Source: Octopus sinensis (Eukaryota). From it: a stretch of 64,000 nt of DNA. The first letter of the stretch is position 1; every line of letters starts with the position of its first letter. Location of the stretch: NCBI RefSeq assembly GCF_006345805.1, contig NC_042998.1:119722001-119786000 (forward strand), given 5' to 3'. The notes under the pieces were generated by a model that was not told the DNA's origin, did no database searches, and was given only the letters and a program-made list of their open reading frames with translations. This document shows, one piece after another, positions 12,631-26,778 of the stretch. The position numbers were made by a program, and so were the translations under genes.

Positions 12631-14185
12631 CATCCCATTAATTCTGTCCAAAATTTGAATAAAGAAAGCAAATGATCAAATGTTATATTTAACTGAAATT
12701 TAATCATCAATGTACTTTCCCTGATTATCTGCAACTTCCTTTCATCTATTTACAAGCTTTCTAATCCCATCAATGTCAAACTCTTTTGGTTCCAAAACGA
12801 AGAACTCTGAAATGTCAGTTTCAACCTCTTCCTGGCTTGCAAAAGTTATGTCTCCCAAATGATTCTGTAAACTACAAAACAAATGGCAGTCTGAAGGAGC
12901 AAGGTCGGGAAAATAAGGTGAATGAGGAATTTTTTCCCAACCAAGCTCTTCAATCTTCTGTGATGTGATCTTTGCAGTGTGGGGTTGTGCATTGTCCTGA
13001 TGAAACATCACTCCTTTTCAATTTACTATAGCGGGTTTTTTTTCTTTGAAGCTTGGTTCAAACACTCTAATTGCTGACAGTAGACTTGAGCAATTCAAAG
13101 TGAATTACTCCTTTGCAATCCCACCAAATAGAGAGAAGAACCTTTTTCCCATGAAGTTCCTTTCTTGGTTGTGGTTGACGACGTTTAACATTTCGATAGA
13201 AGATCCATTTTTCGTCACCAGTCACAAGTGTATCCAAAAAGGGTGAAATGAGCTCATGAGAATGGAGAGAAGGGCTGATGTCAACTCAAGATTTGTGGTT
13301 GCTTTTGGACAATTCATGAGGCACGTATTTTCCAAGTTTAGGAACCATTCTAAGTTGTTGAAGATGATGATGAACAGTAGTATGGTTTGAACTAAGCTTT
13401 ATTGCCAATTCTTCAACTGATAATGCAGGATTTTCTTCAAGTAATACCTCAAGGAGCTTATCATCAAACTCATCTTCAAGGCTGAAGTCTCCACTTCTGA
13501 ATTTTGCAAACCATCTTCTGCAAGTTCTTTCATTCAAGCATTCTTTCCCATAAACTGAGTGTATGTTTCAAGTCGCTTTGGCTACAGAGTTTCCTTTTTT
13601 GTACTTGTAACAGGATGAAAGGTCTGTAACACTGAATGGGTGCAGCTCTCATCCTTTACATTAAAATATCAATCGATGGAAAGAGTCAAGACTTCCGATT
13701 AACTTTAACAGCATAAATATTTTATTTCTGGATTTGCAATATATACATTCTTCTTCAGGGCGAACCGGCAGCCTAGGAGCTCAATCCTGTCCGTTCAAGC
13801 ATAGCATAGCAACGCCACGAGGTGCAGCTTGAGAGAGCTGCTAAAACACGTCCGTCCTGTTTGGCTGTCAGCATTCGAGAGACCGAACGAGGGGAATTTT
13901 GCTGCTGCTAGTTTTCTGCGCATGCACATGAGGGAACTTCTGGCAGGCCTCCAGGAAGAATCCAACTCTGCACATGCATGCTGAAGATTTCCAAAAGGGC
14001 GTCACTACATACCCATAAAACATTATGTGCCTCAAATGCTTTTGGATACTTACATGTTAGAAAGGGTTTTAATCAAAGAAATTTGAATTGTAATATTCTG
14101 TAAAATAATATTTAATTAGTTTAAATGTACACAAATGTATAAAAATAATTTTAAATTCCATTAGACATTCTAAAATGCTATTAAA
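12627..14185 (-). mobile_element. Degenerate mariner (DD34D) transposon interrupted by a solo LTR
   Basis: HQDNAQPHTA, HSPYFPDLAPSDCHLF, RTCRRWFAKFRSGDFSLEDE, LVTKNG (for TGDEKW). One terminus follows (TA)n; the other TIR appears lost. Confidence 0.88.
13606..14009 (-). mobile_element. Solo LTR (Gypsy-like, 404 bp) inserted in the mariner transposase
   Basis: TGTAAC...CACTACA termini; 4-bp TSD TACT/TACC; minus-strand AATAAA near 13720; mariner coding sequence resumes across it. Confidence 0.8.
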
Positions 14186-14189
14186 ATTT

Positions 14190-14427
14190 CAGCGCAAACG
14201 TCTCTCTTGCACGCCACATCCGATGCTTCTTATGTCCAACATTTCTCTCAGAGCGCTTACACTCTGTCGTGTATGTACACTGACATTACACATCCAGTGG
14301 ATCATGCTAGCTTCATTTCTTTCAAGCCTACGCATGTCCTCCGCAGTCATGGCCCATGTTTCACTGCCATGAAGCATGGCAGCTCGCACACATGCGTCGT
14401 ATAATCTACCTTTCACTCTGAGCGAGA
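14190..14427 (-). mobile_element. RTE ORF fragment
   Basis: [38 protein letters not shown], same family as 61826-63727. Confidence 0.85.
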
Positions 14428-14493
14428 TGTATATATATGTATATGTATGTATGTATATATATATATGTATATGTATGCATGTATATATATAAA

Positions 14494-14548
<55 letters not shown>

Positions 14549-14681
14549 GTATGCATGTATATATATGTATGCTTGTATATATTTATATGTATGCATGTAT
14601 ATATATATATATATATATGTATATGTATGTATATAATACGTATGTATATATATATGTATGTATATATATGTATATGTATAT

Positions 14682-17066
14682 CATCACCATCATAATCATC
14701 GTTTAACGTCCGCTTTCCATGCTAGCATGGGTTGGATGATTTGACTGAGGACTGTCGAACAAGATGGCTGCACCAGACTCCAATCTCGATCTGGCAGAGT
14801 TTCTACAGCTGGATGCCCTTCCTAAGCACTCCGAGAGTGTAGTGGGTGCTTTTATATGCCACCTGCACAGGAGCCAGTCCAGCGGTACTGGCAACGACCT
14901 TGCTTGAATGTTTTTCCATGTGCCAGTGAGGTGATGCTGGTAACGATGACAATCAAATGGTGCTTTTTACATACCACCGACATGGAAGCCAGTTAGCCGC
15001 TCTGGCAACAATCCCGCTCGGATGGTGCTCTTAGCGTTCCACTAGCATGGATGCCAGTCATCGAATTTGATTTCAATTTCGATTTCACTTACCTCAACAA
15101 GTCTTCGCAAGCAGAGTTTAGTGTCCAATGAAGGAAAGGTATGCATAAGTGGGCTGGTTACACACCTGGCATAGGCCACAAGGTTATGGTCTCATTTGGC
15201 TTGCCGGGTCTTCTCAAGCACAGCATATTGCCAATAGTCTCAGTCACTAGTCATTGCCTCGTTGAGGCCTAATGTTTGAAGGTCGTGCTTCCTCACTTCA
15301 TCCCAGGTCTTACTGGGTCTACCTCTTCCATGGGTTCCCTCAACCGCTAGGGTGTGGCACTTTTTCACACAGCTATCCTCATCCATTCTTGCCACATGAC
15401 CATACCAATGCATTTGTCTCTCTTGCACACCACATCTGATGCTTCTTAGGTCCAACTTTTCTCTCAAGCTACTTACACTCTGTTGAGTATGCATACTGAC
15501 ATTACACAGCCATACTGGCTTCATTCCTTGCAAGCTTACGCATGTCCTCAGCAGTCACAGCCGATGTTTCACTGCCATGTAGCATGGCTGTTCGTACACA
15601 TGCGTCATACCTTTTACTCTGAGTGAGAGGCCCTTTGTCAACAGTAGAGGTAAGAACTCACTGAACTTTGCCCAGTCTATTCTTATTCTAGCAGCTACAC
15701 TTTCAGTGCACCCTCCCCCACTACTGACTTGGTCACCTAGATAACGGAAACTATCAACTACTTCTAGTTTTTCTCCCTGGAATGTGGCGGAAGTTGTTCT
15801 CTGCACATTTTCAGTGTTTATTGCTCCTGAACATCTGCCACATACAATAACTATCTTCCCAGTTAGCCTTTCTTTGATATGTGTCCATAGCTTACACTGG
15901 ATACATCTTATAGAGCTTCTACCTACGCTTTTTCTACAGATCGAGCAGGGCCATCTACCTGAAGGGGTTTGTAGTTTTCCTGCCTTCCTACTTATTTGGA
16001 GTTTGGTTTTTGCTAGGTTGACTCTAAGGCCCTTCAATTCTAATCCTTGTTTCCACACCTGAAACTTCTCAAGTTTTGATAGTCACTCAGCAATTATAGC
16101 AAGGTCATCAGCATAGAGGAGCTCCCATGGGCATCCTGTCTTGAATTTCTCCGTTATTGCCTGAAGGACTATGATAAATAGGAGGAGTCTGAGGACTGGG
16201 CCTTGGTGGACCCCTACTTGTACCCGGAATTCTTCAGTGTACTCGTTGCCAACCCTCTCCTTACTGACAGCGTCCCTGTACATGGTTTTCACAGCTCTCA
16301 CTAACCATTCATCTATCCCTAGTTTTCTCATTGACCACCAGATAAGGGATCGGGGGACCCTGTCAAAGGCTTTCTCCATGTCAGCAAAAGCCAGGTACAG
16401 AGGTTTATCTTTGTCTAGGTATTTCTCCTGCAGCTGTCTTACCAGAAATATAGCATCAGTGATGCTTTTCCCTTGCACGAACTGCATCTCATCTAAACTG
16501 ACTCTCTCCCTAATTAGTTGGGCTATGACCCTCTCCATGACCTACATTACCTGATCCAACAACTTGATACCTCAGTAATTATTTGTATCTAAAGCGTTAC
16601 CTTTACCTTTGTAGCAGTTGACTATAGTGCTGCTACACCAGTCATTTGGTATGACTCCTTCATGCATCACCTGCTTAATTATACAGGTGACTAGGAAGGC
16701 GGCGAGCTGGCAGAAACGTTAGCACGCCGGGTGAAATGCGTAGTCGTATTTCGTCTGCTGTTACGTTCTGAGTTCAAATTCCGCCGAGGCCAACTTTGCC
16801 TTTCATCCTTTCCGGGTCAATGAATTAAGTACCAGTTACGCACTGGGGTTGATATAATCGACTTAATCCATTTGTCTGTTCTTGTTTGTCCCCTCTGTGT
16901 TTATCCCCTTGTGGGTAGTAAAGAAATATATACAGGTAACTAAGCTTAGCCAACACTGCCAGATATTTTGAGCATCTCTGCAGTGATTCCTGATGGGCTG
17001 GGGGCTTTCCCTGTCTTCATACTCTCAATTGCTTTATCTACCAAGGTACTGTCAACTCGGATAGCT
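14682..17066 (-). mobile_element. 5'-truncated, frameshifted RTE LINE (RT + PHD insert + 3'UTR + tail)
   Basis: ORF pieces at 15240-17066 align colinearly to the 642-aa ORF; flanked by TA-rich microsatellite on both sides. Confidence 0.92.
16696..16928 (+). mobile_element. tRNA-derived SINE (Meta/MESC-like core) inserted in the RTE
   Basis: A box tggcagaaacgtt, B box gagttcaaattcc, core gcctttcatcctttccgggtc; ~15-bp TSD tatacaggtgactag / tatacaggtaactaa. Confidence 0.85.
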
Positions 17067-17257
17067 TTATGTATATGCATATATATATATATAAATATAT
17101 ATATATGTATGTGTATATATATGTATGTATGTATATATGTATACATATATGTGTATGTATTATATATATATGTGTATATATATGCATGCATTTATATGTA
17201 TGTGTATGCATGTATATATATATGTATATGTATATATATGTATGTATATATATATGT

Positions 17258-17295
<38 letters not shown>

Positions 17296-17989
17296 TAGTT
17301 GTATTTGTGTACCTAGAGATCTTTAGGCAGACATACAGATGATTATATAAATAATCATGTGTATATATTTCTACCTAGAAATCTCAGGATATACACATAA
17401 ACATACAAGAAAGAGTTTAACTTCTGTATAATGTGGGAAATTTTTCAAATATTTCCAGGAATTGCACATGAAATTTACCCATTCTCTTTGACTGAAACTA
17501 TTTTGCATTTTCCCAATTCTGCATTATATATTTTAATTCTCAAATTTGTAATCATTTATATTTAATTTTTTTTTTTTAATTTTAAGTTATTTATTGGGTG
17601 CACATATTACTACTACTGTAACATATATGATAATTGGTGTAAATTAGTTATAAAAAATATTAGTCTCTTAGTTTTCCATCATAATTTATTCTATGGATTT
17701 TTTGAATACTGGTTTTGTGGAGAAACTATTTTTTTAAAATTTGTGTATGTAAAAATATGGACGAAAATTTAAACCAGTGTTGTTATATCATTTAACCAAA
17801 TGAAGGGCCATTTGATAAATAAATATGATATACAAAATATATTATTTTGGATAAAATGAAAGCTAGGGATGAAATAATTTTTCTGAGATAAAAACTGCTG
17901 TGAAAATTATGGCTAAAGAAATTGGAGAAAAAAACACTGTAAATTTCTTGGGAGATTTTTATTTTAAAATATCTGACAGGGTCTTGTCT

Positions 17990-19520
17990 CCTTAACGAAA
18001 TGGCAATCATGACGAAAGCACAGGTTTGTTGCGATGATGTCACGGGAAAAAGTGTTCTTCCATGGTTCGACTGTGTAAATGTAGTCGTCAAGTTTATAGT
18101 GGTTCACTTTCAGTATATGTGCGTGTATCCGTAAGTATGTGAGTCTGTAAGTGTTTGTGTCTGTGTGTGTGTCTTCTGTCTCACTTAGTCCCTTCGCAGA
18201 TATTCAACTCTTCGTTTGCTTTTATTTTATCTCCGGCTTCAGGTAGGTGATAGAAAATTAATAATTCTTTAACTATTCACAAATTTCTGCCGATGCTTTA
18301 GAGAGTTTTTAATTTTTTTTTTACCTGCATTCAATTATTCTCTTTTTGCTATTTCATCTCACCTTGCCATCTGTTATTTTTCTCAAGTAGTGTTTTGCTG
18401 GATGTTTTTGCTGAATTGATTTAAGAATAAGATTCGCGTCAGTTGATAATGGCGCTTTTTAGTTAAACTCTAACTGCCTTCCTTGTTCACATAAAAATCT
18501 TGCATGCAACTTTGTTCATTTACATATACCTGCTTCATTTATTCTTTTTAGACTGTCTAGCAATATAAATTTCTAGCATAGACCAAGGTTTTTCGTTTAA
18601 CTTCATAGGAGATTTTTAAAAACGTATATAAATAGATACAAAATATTATGAAGACATATATAAATATGTGTGCATGTGTGTTATATGTAAATATGTGTAT
18701 ATTTTTATATAAATTTACATATTGTGTTGCTTTTAGTCTTACTGTAGGTTCTTCTTTCTCTTCATAACTATTCATAATTTATTCATTTGTAAAATAAAAG
18801 TGGCTGGTGGGGGTTTTGATATTTAGGCCATGCAAGCAGTCTTGTATATAGATGTTTCGTTATGTATCGCTTTGGTTGAAATTTGCAACATCACATAGAG
18901 ATACTCTATATATATATGTGTGTGTGTGTGCGCGCGTGTATATCCCATTTAACTGCGGTCCTGTTCTTTTTTCCATTGATATCTATCCGTTATATACATA
19001 GGATATATCTATGATATGTATTTATAAGTGTGCGTGTTTAACTGTGTTCGTTGCGCGTCATACCTCCTACATCTTAGCTTCTCCCTCCTCCCACGTTTGT
19101 TTATTTCCTCCTACCCGTTCTTTTCTACCTCCTCCTGTCACTACTACTAGCACAACTACGACGTTGTACAAGTTGCTAATTTACATAAATCTACTCTCTG
19201 CACTCCCTATTGGTCAGATCTTGGCGCCATCATTGTTTTCCTCTCAACCAGCCCTGAATCTTTGAATGCACGTTTTGCTGTCTTATTTAATAGCGACACG
19301 GTAAGAAATGATGCCTTTTTTCCTTAATTGTATATTTCTTTATGGTCTGACAGATTGGCTTGAGCATTTTTCTGACTGCAAACAATGAAAATAACGTCTG
19401 CTGTCCATCAGTATAGTGCTGAAATGACGTCAAAATGTGTGTCATTACGAAAGGTCATCTGCTGATTAGTATTCAAAATGGCTACTAGTCACGCTTGTTG
19501 CCGCCGTCGTTCTTCTTTTT
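17990..19520 (+). promoter_or_regulatory. Putative promoter and non-coding 5' exon region of the HP1BP3-like gene
   Basis: CpG retained relative to the gene body. Strong donors CAG|GTAGGT (18243) and ACG|GTAAGA (19301). ATTGG (CCAAT) boxes near 19209 and 19354, YY1-like ATGGCG/CGCCAT near 18449 and 19225, TGACGTCA (CRE) near 19426. Coding exon 1 has an acceptor 14 nt upstream of the ATG, so an upstream exon is required. Confidence 0.55.
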
Positions 19521-19684
19521 CACACGTACACACACCTCTATCTTGTTATCTGTCTGTCTTCTCCCTTGCTAATTCAGTGTCTCAACATTACTAATTATCT
19601 TCGCTTTCATTTCATCTTCTTACAAATACATACTTTCCCGCGATGTTGCTGATTACACCACGAGCCAAAGAAGGGGCCGTTACG

Positions 19685-21830
19685 TTTTCGCTCGATTAGC
19701 TAGAAATAGTTTACAAATTTCCCTCAACTCACTCCCTATAGTGCTAAAAACAGTATACATTGAATGATGTCATCCCATACACATTAGGTTTGTGAAAAGA
19801 AAAAGGGCGGGATGGATGGTCGCAGCTGGAATGTTTTTGATCATAGGTTTGCTCAATCAAAGCTGATTTGGGGTTAAACAACAATCAAATACTCTTCATG
19901 TTTGTATTTTTGCATAGTTTCTTCTAATTGTAAACGTTGACTGATCATGCATTTCTGTTATTCCTTTGGAAATTCCACTTCTATTAGCAACTAAACAAGG
20001 AGGCCTCTATGTAGTCGCTAACCCACTAGAAATAGTATTCCCATCTCCACGTTACACCCCACATAAAAAAGGGGAAGGCCACATTGGATAATGATTCTAG
20101 ATGTAAAAGACTGGATGGGTGGTCACGGTTGGAATGCATCTGGACATAGGGCTGATTAGAGACTAAACGACGAGTGATCCTCTTGGCCTCTTTATCTGCT
20201 AGAACGAAGAGCCAAATCTTTAAATCACATCCTACCTTCTTCGTTAAAATGTAGGACATTGAATAGTGTAGTTTTCGATACCACTGTTTGAATTAAAAAC
20301 GGGGACGATTATAGCTGGAACGTCTATTGATGAAAGGGCTGAGAGACCTCAACATTGCCTATTAGCAAGTGTCAAACATAGTATTTATGGGCGACCATCA
20401 CTATTTACAAAAATACTGAATTACAGAAAAGACAAATCTGTGTTATGAGTATGTTGTTTGTGTTAGTGTGTAGTAGCGAATTTTCTAAATGAAAACAATC
20501 CTACCATATTTGTGAATTTTGTGGTAATTTCATGATACTTAATATTTTTATTTATGTTACCAGGGAACCTGACCTAGCTAGTTGTCCACGCTAATGCACT
20601 TGGGTCTAAATAACGAGTTGCTGATACTTTCATTTCGGCTTCACACATATCTTACTGTGAGCCTTTTATATTAGGACCGTGAAGTTCAAAAGAATTAATA
20701 ATACAACAATTCAAGGATTTCTTTGCTAGTGGAGTCGCTATCAGTCCTTCCTTAAATGCATAGTTTATGTTTTAAAAATAAGATTTGGCTCTTCCTTCTA
20801 GCAGACGAAGAGGATCACTCGTCGTTTAGTCTCTAATCAGCCCTATGTCCAAATGCATTCATTTGTTGCTGGTTAACTGAATTGCTGAAGCATTATTCAC
20901 AGGAATCCCATTAAAGTTTCTGAAGTAATGACTTATAAAACGTTTCAACAGATAGTTATCCACAACATACGTATATTTATAGCTTTTTAAAATATAAAAA
21001 TATGTAATTAAAACGGTTAGTAAACTCCACCACCTGCACGAACATAGTCATGTATGTATATGTGTATGTGTTTAGTTTTTACCTGATGTTACGTTTTAGT
21101 TAAATACTCCAAATATTTTCTGCCAGTAATGTAATATATTTATGTTCCAACCATTCTATTACATGATGTATATTTTCGCTTTCCTCCTCAACCAGTTTCT
21201 CTCCAAGTTTACGAGAGCGCCTATACATGTATTGTTGCACTTGCTAGAGATAGCAGCTAAATCACACCTTACATTTTTAATATATTAAAATATTGGATAG
21301 TATAACCTAAAAGACACAAAAAAAAAGGCCGATATGATCGTGGTTGGCAGGCCTTTAACTATAGGTTTGCTCGATCGTGGTTTACGTAAGGGTAAACAAC
21401 AATAACCAGCGATCTCATTTTAAACTACGGTTTCGCTTACATCGCTGGTGGTGATTTTCGGATACACAAACAGAAGTACTCAATGTATAGTTTATTCGTG
21501 AGAAGCCTCTCACTACTCGTAGTTCCTCACCACATACGATCCTTGAGGAACGAAAATAAAAATATGTGTGTATACTTTATAGGTGAAATTTGCACAGTTG
21601 CTATATTTTTCTCGCTTTACATTTAGCCCTATTTTGCAGTGGCAAAGCAAACCTATCATCAATCAATAGCGTTTCAGCCGTGATCAAGCATTGATTTTTT
21701 TTCTTTTTTATCAAAATTTTATTTTCCAGTATGTCCCTTTTTTAAGATGCAATGGTATGGTTAGAAGAATTTTTAGCTGCTATTTTTAGTGGATTGAGTG
21801 ACCACGTAAAGGCTCCCTCTTCGTTAGTCT
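19685..21830. repeat. Cluster of a ~200-bp dispersed repeat family (gctagaaatagcagccaaatct...gctaaacaac)
   Basis: Copies at ~19690, 20030, 20190, 21240 (+) and 21650-21830 (-); further copies at ~27880, 39935, 44180, 44455, 51215. Confidence 0.6.
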
Positions 21831-24379
21831 TATAATTTTGTTATATATATTATCTACGTGTTTCACGAAATCTTCTTAAGAATTGTTTACATTCACCAGT
21901 GTTTATTTTTGCCTCATCTCTCCAATGAAAATATTGTACATAATTGATAAATTTATTTGATTTGTTCGAAAAGAAGTAATAATGTTAGCCAGTGTTGCGT
22001 GTTTAATTTCAATACTCTAGTTCAGGTGTTAGGGATATATTTTTCAAAATGTAAATTGTTAAAAGTTTTGATGTTATATCAACTGCTAACGTGTCTCATT
22101 CATTCGCGCGTGCGCGTGAATTCTGAAGCGATGCTATTGATTTCTGTTGCAGTATTTTCATTTCGTTCTGTTGCTAAACATATTGGAAGTAATCGTTGTT
22201 TAACATGGGCATACTACACCATCCATCTCTTTTATTTATTTATTTATATATATATATATATTAGCGTACGTTTTAATGTACAAGAGTCTTCCATTTCGGA
22301 TACTTACTGCTTATTGACCTTATTTTTATGTGTGCATAAACCCTTTCAGCTCCAAGTGTTGCCCCGCTCTCATGACATCAGTCAGTAGTCATGTAACACA
22401 ATGTAATAAAGGGGCGGATAGACCGTTGTACGGTATATTTCAATATTTCATATAATGGAGAATGTGCTGTTTTATAGCAGCAAATGAGAACTTAGTAGCT
22501 CAGTGGAATTGATGTAGAATTTCAGATTGGGATTCACCACGATTATATTGATCAAAATATATATATATGTATACATACATACAGAGAGAGAGAGAGATAT
22601 GCTTTTCTAAAAAAGATTTATATTTGATCCCATAATCTTTAGCGGCCACGATATATTATTTAGAGAAAATACTAATTTTAAATTATCGTATCTTGATATA
22701 TGACAAATGTAATCAACGTAAACATATCACTGCCAACATTATTGATTTCCATATCCAAGTAGTAAACAGACTCCTTCCTCTATCGACACTATAGTTTTTT
22801 TGTTTGTTTGTTTGTTTTTTGCTTTCTAGAATAAATTGACGTTGTTTATTTTTCTGTATTTCTTTTATTTAATTTCCACCTTACAACCCCATCAAATAGG
22901 TGAAACGTTTATAAGCAATTTTTTGTTTTGAATTAAATACACTTATTTGTTTGTTTGTTTGTTCTCATAAAAAAAATTCGAATCCTTTCTCGGCTACTAA
23001 CCACGAGATATTGTGCTTTTTCAATACCTGTCTAGATTAAACAATCGAGGAATTATATACACACACCTGTGTTGAATTATGCCAATACCGCCAGATTATC
23101 TTTCTGGATTACTTGCCCCTCCCCTCAATTTCTTTAAAGTTTATCGTCACACCCTTTCCCAACAATGACCTAAATTCATTTTATTCACTTTAAAAATTCG
23201 TTTGGCTCTTATTTTCTAATTATTTAGTACTTGTTATTCAGACGTGCCATAAAGAAGAAAAAATTGCTCATTCTCCATTTTACTCTGAAATTTTGCTTAA
23301 ATTATTTGGGAGTTGCCATGATTGTGTGTGAGAGAGGTGGATATCTGACTAAAATTCTTCATTGATGTATATTTAGTCACATTTTTTATGTTGCTTGGTT
23401 ATATATTTTGATGTTCAAATCAAGTTAATAAGAATATACATATGTGCCTGTATGTATGCGCGCTACACACATTCGCACACACACACCTTTGCTTATTGTG
23501 ATTACTTTGGGACGGAGCCTTTTAAATAACGATAACTATTTGATAACATTTTGATACCATCCATAATCATAATAAACAACTTCTGCGTATGTGTTATGTG
23601 TGTTCGCGCGCGCGTGCTCACGAACGTTATATGTGTGTGTTTGTTCAATACACATGTTGTGAAATTGTGGAATGTACATGTTTCTTTGTCATCAAAATAT
23701 GTTGTACATGCATGTGCCAATACATCAAACATTGTGTTCGTGCAGAGATGAAATGACCAAATAAAAAGAATATCAGAATAATAAGTTTGTCAACCACAGC
23801 TGTGTTATTGTATAATTGGTAGTTTATTTAATTCTACATGCTATTGGATTTCGAAATATTACCTTCCACAGAATAGTGTCCTATACAATGGGAAGTTCAC
23901 AGTATAGTACCAGCGAAGGGGCAGGGCAAGGGGATATGAGCCACTTAACTTTTTTGTTGCCAAGGACGCTTTCTTAAATATCTTACTATTGGTTTTAGAT
24001 TGAATGAATTTAAGTAATCTACAGCCAGATATTCTAACAGTTACTACCTTTTGGTATTGGTATATATGAATATATAGTTATATATAATACTTATTGAAAA
24101 GCTTTAACTCATTGAGTCAAAGTTAGTATATCAAAAGCTGAAGCTAGGTTTGATATCATTTGCTTTGATGTCTTGGCAGCCAGAGTTTCATGGCAAGTTG
24201 TGAATATGAATCTTCAATCTGCAGTCTAGAACTTTTATGATCAAATAGGCTAAAATGTGTACTATCACTGAGCCAGTAGGAAGATCTAGATTAAGAGTGT
24301 GCACAATACTTGCCCAGGATTGGTAGGGCTCCTATACTTTTCAGCTAGTACCTATATGTATTACCCAGTCTCTTGTTCA

Positions 24380-25800
24380 CCACATACTTGTACTCTACCT
24401 CTCCTGTAGGTTAAAATTACACATCCAGTAAACTTTACTTGACTCATTTCTCTCCAACATTCACAGATCTACAGCCAATGCCTCATGCCTCACTATCATA
24501 GCATTGCCATTCTTATATATGTTGTATACAATTTGTTTTATACACAAGAACCCTATTTTGATAACAGAGATAACTCACTAAACATTTTTCACTTGTTTAC
24601 TCTAGTTTTCCCTACAACCTCGCTAGTTAAGTCACATAGGTCACAGTATCAACTACTTCTTACATCTTAATTCCTGTATCTTGGTTATTTTTTCTGTTAT
24701 TTCACTGCAATTAGTGTGTCTTCATTGTTCACATAGTGTACCCTGTATCAGGTTTCTAAATATTGAGCAAAGCCACTTTTCAGCTGTCATTACAGTTTTG
24801 TGTCTTCCTTTACCAACTAGTACATTACATTTTTCATATTAATATTTAGACCTTTGGACTATAAATTTTTGTTAGATTCTAGCACCAACTAGCATCAAGT
24901 TACCAGTATATAAAACTTACTTAGAGTATACAATCTTGATATACTATACTATTGTCCAAATATTAATAGATGTTGAGACAGTTCTAGTGAACATACCTTG
25001 ACACTAAAGTTCTCTTTAAACTCATTGCCAACCTAAATCTTGCAGCACTCTTGTAGATAGCTTGACAAACAATTCATCTACACTTTGTTTTCTCAGTACC
25101 TTTCTATCTACAGATCACCTTCATATCTGACAAGAAATATGGCATCTGGAAATCTACATTCTAGTATCAACTCAAAAAATATCATACTTAAGCTATCTAG
25201 TATATATTATTTGTCATGACTTTTTAAAGTCATATTGTGTCAGTCATTAGAAATAACACCCTTTCTACTCGATTAACTAAATATGTAATTATAAGTTCTA
25301 AATTTTCAATATCTTCACAACTAATCCTGAAGGACCTATTGCTTTCTGTCCCTGCATGTCCTTACTTGATTTACTATTATCATTTAATTTACTTATTACA
25401 GTTATCTCCTTTATTGATTTCATTTTAAGTAATCCATGATATTTCTATACTCTGCATTTACAACCTCTCAGTAACACTTTCATGTCTTTTTCTCATCTCT
25501 GCCACTCAGATTAATTGTGCTATTGGTTTAGATGAGATTTCTATTCAGTGACATTCTGTTATACTTTATACTCCTAACTTTGCATTAGAGAACATTAGCT
25601 AACTTCTTACTTTCAAGCTACTAACTACTTTTTATATATTGCTGCTTGCTACTCTCTATTTTTTTTTTGTTCCTCCCAGGCCCACGGCTTAAATCTTATT
25701 GCCCTATCTACTATACTATTCTATCACCATGCTACCCACTGCCTGAGTGGAGCATTGCTCCAGTCACAAAGTTAATCAGTAGATTGTCCCTTAGGAATGT
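24380..25800 (-). mobile_element. Very old degenerate LINE (probably RTE-like)
   Basis: Faint minus-strand remnants resembling IYKKG..NYRGI and QxGFR motifs; strongly CpG-depleted. Confidence 0.35.
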
Positions 25801-26309
25801 CTATCAATCTATTATCTATCAGAATAGCTAGTGTGTAAATTAAAAGTTATACCTAATGAGATTTAAATTTCTGCTTTTCTAGTTGTATTTTGTATTTTAG
25901 TGGTTTATAACTTCAGAGATAATAAAACTAACTTATATTCAAGATGGGATCACTTCTTGCTAAGAGGAGAGAACCTCTTTGAATTTTTTGTATATCTCTT
26001 GTAAAAAAATGTCAATTTTACTTTTCCAATTGATAGCTGTTGATTTTTTACAAAATCCATGTTGAAAACAATAAGCTAATTCAAGAGATCTGTTCTTTTA
26101 TAATTTTCAAGGTTATTTTTCTTTGGCAATTTAAATTGTATATTTGATGCATTGGTTCCAGCGCTGTTCCAAGATTTATGTGGTAAATTTTAGTGAAACA
26201 TTTAATAAAATAATATTTCTGATAAGAGTAATAGTAAGGAATTATTGTTTTCTTCTTTCTCATTCCCATTGAAGGCAAAATGGTTATAGCAAAATTAGTA
26301 GTATGGCAT

Positions 26310-26778
26310 GTGCTGGTGCCACGCAAAAAGTGCTTGCGCCAGCATCACATAAAAAGTACTTGTGCCAGCGTCACATAAAAAGTACTTCTTCCAGTGTCAT
26401 ATAAAAAGTACTTGTGCCAGCGTCACGTAAAAAGTACTTGTGCCAGCGTTGCAGGAAAAGTACTTGCGCAAACGTCGCATAAAAAGTACTTCAGCCAGCA
26501 TTGCATAAAAAGTACTTCAGCCAGCATTGCATGAAAAGTACTTGCGCAAATGTCGCATAAAAAGTACTTCGGCCAGCATTGCATAAAAAGTACTTGCGCA
26601 AACGTCGCATAAAAAGTACTTCGGCCAGCATTGCATAAAAAGTACTTGCGCCAGCATCACATAAAAAGCACTTGCACCAGCGTCACATAAAAAGTACTTG
26701 CGCCAGTGTCACATAAAAAGCACTCATGCTGGTGCCTCACAAAGGGCACTTCTGCTAGTGCCATGTAAAAGCACCCAG
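26310..26778 (+). repeat. 26-bp minisatellite, ~18 units (cataaaaagtacttgcgccagcgtca)
   Basis: aaaaag core recurs every 26 bp from ~26325 to ~26767 and runs into an RTE-type 3' tail (26780-26922). Confidence 0.9.

Noticed and set aside
12742-13537. SETMAR-like domesticated gene
   Set aside because: No SET domain; stops, frameshifts and an LTR insertion show a dead mariner.
16696-16790. tRNA gene
   Set aside because: A/B boxes are present but there is no cloverleaf; it continues into a SINE body and has a TSD.
26310-26778. CRISPR-like repeat/spacer appearance
   Set aside because: The variable parts are related ~14-nt variants rather than unique spacers, there are no cas genes, the context is eukaryotic, and the array derives from an RTE tail.
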